Source: an uncultured bacterium (GTDB lineage Bacteria; Krumholzibacteriota; Krumholzibacteriia; LZORAL124-64-63). From it: a DNA stretch of 64,000 nt. Below the pieces are notes generated by a model. That model made no database searches. It worked only from the letters and a program-made list of their open reading frames with translations, and was not told where the DNA came from. The stretch covers positions 41,998 through 105,997 of the forward strand of contig CALEMW010000166.1 of NCBI GenBank assembly GCA_937910695.1, in the 5' to 3' direction. The position numbers and the translations under genes are program-made. Positions 52,039-58,419 of this stretch are shown piece by piece (position 1 is the stretch's first letter; each line of letters begins with the position of its first letter).

Positions 52039-52977
52039 ATGGCTATGAATTTGCAGACACTGTCCAAGAACGAAGATCTTCTGGCTGGCGGGCACCGTGC
52101 GTGCGCCGGTTGCACGGGGTCGAACATCCTGCGCCAGATCATGCTCACGGCGGGTCCCGACACGGTTGTCGGCGGCGCTACCGGCTGCATGGAAGTGGTC
52201 ACGACGATTTTTCCGTACACGGCCTGGAAGACACCGTTCATCCATTCCGCGTTCGAGAACTGCGCCGCGACCATCAGCGGCGTCGAAACGGCATACCGTG
52301 CCCTGAAGGCCAGCGGCGAGCTGCCGGTCCCGCGCGAGAAGATGAACTTCATCGCCTTCGGCGGCGACGGCGGCACCTACGACATCGGCCTGCAGTCGCT
52401 GTCCGGGGCCATGGAGCGCGGCCACAACATGCTGTACGTCTGCTACGACAACGAGGCGTACATGAACACCGGGATCCAGCGTTCGGGCGCCACGCCCTTC
52501 GGCGCGCACACCAGCACCTCGCCGGCCGGTACGGTCAAGCAGGGCAAGGAGCAGCACCGTAAGGATCTGACGAAGATCATGGTGGCCCACAACATCCCGT
52601 ACGTGGCTCAGACCACGCCCTTCCATTGGCGTGATCTCCAGATGAAGGTTCAGAAGGCCCTCGAGGTCGACGGTCCGGCGTTCCTGAACATCCTGATGCC
52701 GTGCACCGTAGGCTGGGGCTTCGATCCCGCCATCGGCATGGAACTGTGCAAACAGGCCGTCGAGGCCAACTTCTGGCCCCTGTTCGAGGTGGTCGACGGC
52801 GAGTACAAGCTCACCTACAAGCCCAAGGAAGACCGTCCGCTCATGGAGCCCTGGCTGAAGCAGCAGGTGCGTTTCAAGCATCTGTTCAAGCCCGGGAACG
52901 AGGGGATGCTTGTTGAGATCCAGCGGTGGGTCGACAGCGAGTTCAACAAGATCATGAAGCTCTGCGGCGAAGCGTAA
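52039..52977 (+). CDS. porB: 2-oxoacid:ferredoxin oxidoreductase, beta subunit (TPP-binding)
   Basis: AAGGAGG RBS before ATG 52039. CAGCTGS, GGDGGTYDIG, YDNEAYMNTGIQRS (TPP/Fe-S binding motifs). Confidence 0.88.
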   Translation: MAMNLQTLSKNEDLLAGGHRACAGCTGSNILRQIMLTAGPDTVVGGATGCMEVVTTIFPYTAWKTPFIHSAFENCAATISGVETAYRALKASGELPVPREKMNFIAFGGDGGTYDIGLQSLSGAMERGHNMLYVCYDNEAYMNTGIQRSGATPFGAHTSTSPAGTVKQGKEQHRKDLTKIMVAHNIPYVAQTTPFHWRDLQMKVQKALEVDGPAFLNILMPCTVGWGFDPAIGMELCKQAVEANFWPLFEVVDGEYKLTYKPKEDRPLMEPWLKQQVRFKHLFKPGNEGMLVEIQRWVDSEFNKIMKLCGEA

Positions 52978-53002
52978 TTGACCCGTTAGAGAACGAGTGC
53001 GG

Positions 53003-53035
53003 AGAGCGGACCTTCTGGTCCGCTCTTTGCTATTT
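53003..53035 (+). terminator. Rho-independent terminator after the por operon
   Basis: agagcggacc / ttct / ggtccgctct followed by ttgctattt. Confidence 0.6.
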
Positions 53036-53053
53036 ATGGAATGTAGAGTGTTT

Positions 53054-53069
53054 TGGCACACGATCAGCA
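53054..53069 (+). promoter_or_regulatory. Weaker sigma-54-like -24/-12 element
   Basis: TGGCACacgatcAGCA. GG and GC have the correct 12-nt offset, but the -12 box is cAGCA rather than TTGCA. Confidence 0.3.
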
Positions 53070-53101
53070 AATCCAAGAAAAGCCACTATAGTCAGTTAAT
53101 T

Positions 53102-53119
53102 TGCAATATGGACATTGCA
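53102..53119. promoter_or_regulatory. Palindromic operator candidate TGCAAT-N6-ATTGCA
   Basis: tgcaat atggac attgca: perfect 6-bp half-sites, ending 3 nt upstream of the -35 box. Confidence 0.35.
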
Positions 53120-53122
53120 GTG

Positions 53123-53151
53123 TGGACATAAAATTGATGATATGCTATAAT
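53123..53151 (+). promoter_or_regulatory. Near-consensus sigma-70 promoter with extended -10
   Basis: TGGACA (53123-53128), 17-nt spacer ending in TGc, then TATAAT (53146-53151). Lies in the only conspicuously AT-rich stretch of the window, 53 nt upstream of ATG 53204. Confidence 0.55.
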
Positions 53152-53203
53152 TTCTGCTGTTGAAGGAGATCCAACTCGTGACGATACCAAGGAGCTGGTA
53201 ACG

Positions 53204-53881
53204 ATGAACCGATTGATCCCGTTGGTCCTGGTCGCTCTGTTGGCAGCCTCTGTCGCTCAGGCTGGAATGATCCAGGACATCCGTAGCGGCCTGGTGCCCG
53301 AAGGCACCATCGTGGACATCGAGGGCGCGGTGGTGACCTCGGTGATGAACACCAGCGTCACCGTCAGCGAACTCCCCGGAGGCCCCGGCATGTCCTTATG
53401 GGTCATCCTGGGGGATGCGCCGACGGTTTACCCCGGTGACATCGTCGATCTCCGCGGCACCTACCTCGAACACAGTGGACGTTCGACCCTCAGCCTTCTC
53501 CATCCAGGCGACGCGGCGATGACCGTGACGGGTTCGACGATGCCCGTTCCATTCTATGTCACCGTCAATGAGCTGATCGCAGACCCCGAGGGGTGGGAGA
53601 GCGTGGTCGTGATGGTCACCGACGGCCTCGTGGTCCAGGAGATCTACGCCGACGGCAGCTGGCTCGTGAACAGCTACGAAACAGGCACGCCCCTGATTCT
53701 GGACGATTACTTCGGGTTGCATCCCACCGTGGGCGTGGGCGAGTGCTACAACAATGCCCTGGGTCTGTTCTTCATGTTCGAGGGGCAGCACGTGCTCAAG
53801 GCGCTCGAAGTGGACTTCACCGACTGCACGGTGGGCAACGAGAATCTGGGCATGAGTGAACTGAAGAGCATTTACCGTTAA
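53204..53881 (+). CDS. Orphan secreted protein (225 aa), function unknown
   Basis: AAGGAG RBS. Signal peptide MNRLIPLVLVALLAASVAQA. Two similar beta-rich segments (IQDIRSGLVPEGTIVDIEGAVVTSV / VNELIADPEGWESVVVMVTDGLVV) and two Cys near the C-terminus. Bracketed by terminators on both sides. Confidence 0.6.
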   Translation: MNRLIPLVLVALLAASVAQAGMIQDIRSGLVPEGTIVDIEGAVVTSVMNTSVTVSELPGGPGMSLWVILGDAPTVYPGDIVDLRGTYLEHSGRSTLSLLHPGDAAMTVTGSTMPVPFYVTVNELIADPEGWESVVVMVTDGLVVQEIYADGSWLVNSYETGTPLILDDYFGLHPTVGVGECYNNALGLFFMFEGQHVLKALEVDFTDCTVGNENLGMSELKSIYR

Positions 53882-53928
53882 AGATCGATGCCGATCGCCG
53901 GGTCATCGCCCTAGGCCTGGCTCAGCGA

Positions 53929-53962
53929 GGGGGCCGTTCCGACCGGAACGGCCCCCTTTGCT
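53929..53962 (+). terminator. Rho-independent terminator after the orphan secreted-protein gene
   Basis: gggggccgttcc / gacc / ggaacggccccc (12-bp perfect stem) followed by tttgctt. Confidence 0.7.
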
Positions 53963-54002
53963 TGTCCGATGTGTCGGGTTGGAATCGGACGAGGACCGGA
54001 GC

Positions 54003-54031
54003 GTGACATGATCGTCCGCAACCGCTAGGAT
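54003..54031 (+). promoter_or_regulatory. Possible sigma-70 promoter for the CPBP gene
   Basis: GTGACA, 17-nt spacer, TAGGAT. Moderate match only. Confidence 0.25.
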
Positions 54032-54063
54032 GCTCGCCGCACCGTCACCGCCCAGGAGCCTTC

Positions 54064-55008
54064 TTGCAAAAAGTCTTCGACATCCTGCTGTCCTACCTGC
54101 GCACCGCCGGACGCCCCCGCCGTTCCGCGGTTCTGCTGCTTTGCCTGACGGCGGCCTTCGTCTTCAACTACACTCATGATTTCAAGCGAACCGTGATGAA
54201 CGTGGGGGAGGGCAGTTGGTTATCGGTCGGGGGGTACATGCTCTACTACGGTGTGCCCTACCTGATTTCGCTCTTCGTCTGGACCCATGGACAAGAGTCG
54301 GGGCGTCGAGCTCGTTCCGCACGTGTGCTGACCATCGTCATGCTCGGACTTCTGGTACTCGCCCTGAACAGGGCGGCGATTGCCTGGACGGTGCATGCCG
54401 TGACAGCGGCGGTGGACGACCGAGCTGCGGGTTGGTATCTGGGGCGCATCGCGGTCAATGCGACGCGTCTGCTCGCCCTGGCGCTGCCCCTGCTGGCGAT
54501 CCGTCGCTGGATCGACGTTGGTCGCGCTGATTTCTACGGGCTGACGAGGCGGGGCTTCGAACTCAGACCCTATGCAATCATGCTCGCGGTGATGGTGCTG
54601 CCGCTCGCAGCGGTTTCCTTTCTGCCGTCGTTCCAGCAGACTTACCCTGTCTATCGCCCCGGCTTCGTCGAGGCGGCCACGGGTTGGTCCCGTTGGCTCA
54701 CCTGGCCCGTTCACGAAATGTCCTACGCCCTGCGCTTCGTCAGTGTCGAGTTCTTCTTCAGGGGCTTTTTGGTGCTGGGTCTAGCCCGCTACCTGGGACG
54801 GGACGCCATCGTGCCCCAGGTCGTGCTCTACGCCATCTGGCACTTCGGCAAGCCCATGCCCGAGGCGGTCGGGTCGGTGTTCGGAGGCTGGATCCTGGCG
54901 GTGCTGGCCCTGGAAACAGGCAGCATTTTCGGCGGTATCCTCATTCACATGGGCATCGCCCTGCTGATGAACCTCGGGGCCGTGGCGGCCGCCGCCCTGC
55001 TCGGATGA
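54064..55008 (+). CDS. CPBP-family intramembrane protease (CAAX/Abi family), second copy in the window
   Basis: TTG start, about 8 hydrophobic segments. Motif 1 variant SVEFFFRGF, motif 2 AIWHFGKP, motif 3 HMGIALLMN. Confidence 0.65.
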   Translation: MQKVFDILLSYLRTAGRPRRSAVLLLCLTAAFVFNYTHDFKRTVMNVGEGSWLSVGGYMLYYGVPYLISLFVWTHGQESGRRARSARVLTIVMLGLLVLALNRAAIAWTVHAVTAAVDDRAAGWYLGRIAVNATRLLALALPLLAIRRWIDVGRADFYGLTRRGFELRPYAIMLAVMVLPLAAVSFLPSFQQTYPVYRPGFVEAATGWSRWLTWPVHEMSYALRFVSVEFFFRGFLVLGLARYLGRDAIVPQVVLYAIWHFGKPMPEAVGSVFGGWILAVLALETGSIFGGILIHMGIALLMNLGAVAAAALLG

Positions 55009-55066
55009 GCGGAACCCGGCGTCGGGGCTGGACACGGACGCCCGCCGGAGCTATCGTCGCCCGACC

Positions 55067-55648
55067 ATGAAGATCGCGTTTATCGGAACCCACGGCGTGG
55101 GCAAAACCACTCTCTGCTTCGAGCTGGCCGCCTGCCTGAAGAGGTTGGACATCAGTGTCGACGTCGTCAAAGAAGTGGCGCGGCACTGCCCGCTGCCCAT
55201 CAACCGCGACACCACCGCCGACGCCCAGTCTTGGATCCTGCACACCCAGGTGGCCAAGGAACTCGAGTTGGCGCCGTCGTACGAAGCCATTGTCTGCGAC
55301 CGCTCCGTGCTCGACAACTACGCCTACATGGTCCATGCGGTGGGACGCCGGTCTGAGCTGGAGCCGTTCCTGCGCGAATGGCTCGCGAGCTATTCGCTGC
55401 TGGTGCGCGTTCCGGTGGTGACCCCGCCGTCGTTCGACGGCACGCGCGACACCTCGGTGGCCTTCCAGATCGGCATCGACCGCATCATCGGCGATCTGAT
55501 CCGTGAATTCGGGCTGCCCGTCCTCGAGCTCGATGTCCACGAACGGGATCAATGGATCCGTCGGGTGCTCAAGGCCCTCGAACTGCCGACTGCCAGCCCA
55601 CAGCTCGATTTGTTCAACTCCCTGTCCCGCAACGGTCAAAACAGCTGA
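55067..55648 (+). CDS. Small P-loop NTPase (AAA_28/NadR-kinase-like)
   Basis: Walker A at the extreme N-terminus (MKIAFIGTHGVGKTT); Walker B-like IVCDRSVLD; 193 aa. Confidence 0.65.
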   Translation: MKIAFIGTHGVGKTTLCFELAACLKRLDISVDVVKEVARHCPLPINRDTTADAQSWILHTQVAKELELAPSYEAIVCDRSVLDNYAYMVHAVGRRSELEPFLREWLASYSLLVRVPVVTPPSFDGTRDTSVAFQIGIDRIIGDLIREFGLPVLELDVHERDQWIRRVLKALELPTASPQLDLFNSLSRNGQNS

Positions 55649-55767
55649 TACGGTCATATCCGGCCTCAAGAAATCCCCGCAGGAGCCGACATTGATTCAG
55701 ACAGGCGGGATCCGCGGTCGCTCACAACGGTGAGCGCAACGGCTATGTGAGCAATGCGGGACGGGAT

Positions 55768-57390
55768 ATGACCAGGAACGAGAGAAACCACGACCACCTG
55801 CTCGACAGGCTGGAACTGGAAACATCCATCGCCACGGCGGACAGACGGCCCGACTCCGACGCCGAACAGGAGCTGCGGCTGCGCGTGCTGCACCTCGAAC
55901 ACGAGATCAAGCGTCTGGAACGCGAGCGTTTGGAATACGAACTCATGGGACGGCGGCTGGTGGGCGAGTTGGAGGACGATGTCCGGCTTGCTCTGGAGGA
56001 TCGTCTGCGCACCCGCAATCCTCTCCCTGATATTCTCAACAACGGCGCCCTGGTGCCGCCAAGCGATGTGCCCCCCGAAGCGATTCTGGACCTGGCCGAG
56101 GCTGTCTACTGGCGTCACGCTCTTGCTGAGGGTGCGAACCTGCAGACCCTGATGTTCCTGCGCGACGGGCAGGATCTGGTACCTGCCGCCAATAGCCCGT
56201 CCCAGCTCTCCATCCTCTCGCGGTGCCTGCCTTCCTGCCAGCGCGGCGTGGAGGAAATGGTGTCGGCGACATCACGTCTGGAACATGCCCGCAGCAGCAA
56301 GTGTCCCTCCTGCGGCGGCGAGTTGTGGTTGGCGCCCATGGTGCTTCATCACGGCCACGAGTCGGTGGTCTTGGGGGTCCTCGTCGGACATGGATTGAAA
56401 GATCCTGCCGAACCGCTGCGGCGCATGGTGTCGCTGGTGGCCAATCTCGCGGGTCAACGGGCCAGCGAAACCTATACTCTTCAGGTCGACGCCGTGCTGC
56501 AGATGAAGGTCACCGCGCTGCTGCATCGGTTCACCGAAGACCAAGCAAAAACCGTCCGCGATTCCCGGATCGCCCTGCTGGAAAAAGAGCGCACCGCTGA
56601 AGATCTGGCACGGACCCGGGAAAATCTCGAACGTGCTCTGGCTCAGACCAGCGAAGCCCGTAGTGAAGCCGAGCGAGCGAACCGCGTGAAGAGCCTGTTC
56701 CTGGCAGCCATGTCTCACGAGATCCGGACACCCCTGACCTGCGTCATCGGCTTTGCGGACCTGCTCACGCTACCGACTTTGAAGCCCGATGAGATCCGCA
56801 AATTCGCTTCGTCCATCAAGGAGAGCGGACAGGTGCTCATGTCGCTCATCAACAACGTCCTGGACCTCTCGAAGATCGAGGCTGGGCGTCTGGACCTGGA
56901 GCGGATTCCCTACGACCTGCCGCGGATCCTCGAAGAGATCCACGAGCTGTTCACTGCGGCGGCGACCGATAAGGGTGTCGCTCTGGTTCTGGATGTGGAC
57001 GAGGGTCTGCCTACGAATCAGATCGGCGATCCGACGCGGGTGAGGCAGGTGGTCATGAACCTGGTGAGCAACGCCATCAAGTTTACCCAGAAGGGTTCGG
57101 TGGTCCTGTCCTGCCGGCGCAGCCGCGAAACTCCGGGATTCCTGAACCTGACGGTCACCGACACGGGTCTGGGCATTCCGGATCATCGTCTCTCGACGAT
57201 CTTCGACGCCTTCCGGCAGGCCAACAGCGATACGACTCGGCGGTACGGCGGCACGGGCCTCGGGCTGGCCATCTCCCATCGTATCGTTCAGGAGATGGGC
57301 GGTCCGTTGATGGTCGAGAGCAGGGCCGGCGAGGGGGCCACTTTCAGCTGCCATATCCCGCATCGACTCGCCGATTCCGACACCGACTGA
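55768..57390 (+). CDS. Cytoplasmic sensor histidine kinase (coiled coil, Cys-containing sensor region, HisKA-HATPase)
   Basis: H-box LAAMSHEIRTPLT, N-box NLVSNAIKFT, G1 DTGLGIP, G2 GGTGLGLAISHRIV. No TM segment. Sensor region contains CLPSC and KCPSCGGELWLAPMV (PocR-like, tentative). An alternative start is GTG 55747. Confidence 0.85.
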   Translation: MTRNERNHDHLLDRLELETSIATADRRPDSDAEQELRLRVLHLEHEIKRLERERLEYELMGRRLVGELEDDVRLALEDRLRTRNPLPDILNNGALVPPSDVPPEAILDLAEAVYWRHALAEGANLQTLMFLRDGQDLVPAANSPSQLSILSRCLPSCQRGVEEMVSATSRLEHARSSKCPSCGGELWLAPMVLHHGHESVVLGVLVGHGLKDPAEPLRRMVSLVANLAGQRASETYTLQVDAVLQMKVTALLHRFTEDQAKTVRDSRIALLEKERTAEDLARTRENLERALAQTSEARSEAERANRVKSLFLAAMSHEIRTPLTCVIGFADLLTLPTLKPDEIRKFASSIKESGQVLMSLINNVLDLSKIEAGRLDLERIPYDLPRILEEIHELFTAAATDKGVALVLDVDEGLPTNQIGDPTRVRQVVMNLVSNAIKFTQKGSVVLSCRRSRETPGFLNLTVTDTGLGIPDHRLSTIFDAFRQANSDTTRRYGGTGLGLAISHRIVQEMGGPLMVESRAGEGATFSCHIPHRLADSDTD

Positions 57391-57460
57391 ACCCTCGACG
57401 CAGACTGCACGACGGACTACGTTTCCAGAGCATTCTCAGCCAACCGTTCTGGAGGTCGTC

Positions 57461-57928
57461 ATGCCGTCGCCCCACGATCCCGCCCTGCACCTGATTCCCG
57501 CACCCGTGGTGGTCATCGGTGCCGCCGCCGATGGTGTGTCCGGCGGACTGACCGCAGCCTGGGTCGCCCGCGTGTCCCTGGATCCCCCTCTGGTGGCTGT
57601 TTCCGTTGCTCCCGAACGCTACACCCACGGCCTGCTCGTCGCCGCCGACGTCTTTACGATCTCGGTGCTACGGGAAGATCAGGTGGCCGAGGGCCGGCTC
57701 TTCGGTCTGGAGTCGCGAAGGGATGTGGACAAGTGGAGCCGCGTGGCTCATGTCTTGCTCGAGGATGGTGTTCCCGCCTTGGCGCATTGCGCAGCGAGGA
57801 TGAGTTGCCGGACCGTCGACCGTCTCGTCACCGGCGATCATGAGGTCTTTGTCGCTGAAATCCTCGCCTCCGAGGTGGTGGACGGCGGACCTTCACTGCC
57901 CATGCGGGGGAGGGATTGGGCTCCTTGA
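57461..57928 (+). CDS. Flavin reductase-like FMN-binding split-barrel protein
   Basis: VVVIGAAADGVSGGLTAAWVARVSLDPPLVAVSV...; 155 aa, typical of the flavin reductase domain family. Confidence 0.8.
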   Translation: MPSPHDPALHLIPAPVVVIGAAADGVSGGLTAAWVARVSLDPPLVAVSVAPERYTHGLLVAADVFTISVLREDQVAEGRLFGLESRRDVDKWSRVAHVLLEDGVPALAHCAARMSCRTVDRLVTGDHEVFVAEILASEVVDGGPSLPMRGRDWAP

Positions 57929-57987
57929 GGCCAGTTTCTGGCAATCGCTCGAGATCGACTTGCAATCTATCGCGGTTTGGGTAAGGT

Positions 57988-58377
57988 GTGCCTATGCCTG
58001 TCAACCTGGACACCGACCAGGAGGTGTGTATGGAAAAGACTCAGACGCTCAAGACGATTTGGCCCCCCGAAATTCTCGATCTTCCCCAGGTTCCCGTTCC
58101 CATCGCCGGCGTGTCCGGTCACACACTCCGCAACTCTGAGAAACAGATCTACTTCTTCCGCTTCGAGGAAGGCACCAACGTGCCGGATCACAGCCATGGA
58201 GCCCAATGGGGTTACCTGGTGTCCGGCGAGATGACACTTGAAGTGGACGGTCGTACAGAACTCTACCAGGCCGGCGACGTGTACCACATCCCCGCCAACA
58301 AGAAGCATCGTACCGTATTCAGCCAGGAATCCTACGTCATCGACATGGCGGACGAGTTGGATCGTTACGGTCAATAG
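57988..58377 (+). CDS. Cupin-domain protein
   Basis: Cupin motifs HSHGAQWGYLVSGEM and GDVYHIPANKKH. The start could be ATG 58030. Confidence 0.75.
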   Translation: MPMPVNLDTDQEVCMEKTQTLKTIWPPEILDLPQVPVPIAGVSGHTLRNSEKQIYFFRFEEGTNVPDHSHGAQWGYLVSGEMTLEVDGRTELYQAGDVYHIPANKKHRTVFSQESYVIDMADELDRYGQ

Positions 58378-58391
58378 CGGCTGATCAGAAC

Positions 58392-58419
58392 GGGACCCGT
58401 CCCTCAGCGGGCGGGTCCC
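58392..58419. terminator. GC hairpin spanning the convergent cupin/M16 junction (possible bidirectional terminator, no T-tract)
   Basis: gggacccg-t-ccc / tcagc / ggg-cgggtccc. It overlaps the last codons of the M16 gene. Confidence 0.3.

Noticed and set aside
52978-53203. AT-rich segment as an insertion scar, att site or mobile-element remnant
   Set aside because: No integrase, transposase, tRNA target or flanking direct or inverted terminal repeats are visible. The features present (terminator, promoters, palindrome) explain it as a regulatory region.
55718-55736. Hairpin tcgctcac/aacg/gtgagcg after the P-loop NTPase gene as a terminator
   Set aside because: It has a short 7-8 bp stem and no T-tract. 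It could equally be a 5'-UTR structure of the kinase gene. Evidence is insufficient to list it as a feature.
57939-57964. TGGCA ... TTGCA upstream of the cupin gene
   Set aside because: GG and GC are 22 nt apart instead of 12, so this is not a valid -24/-12 promoter.
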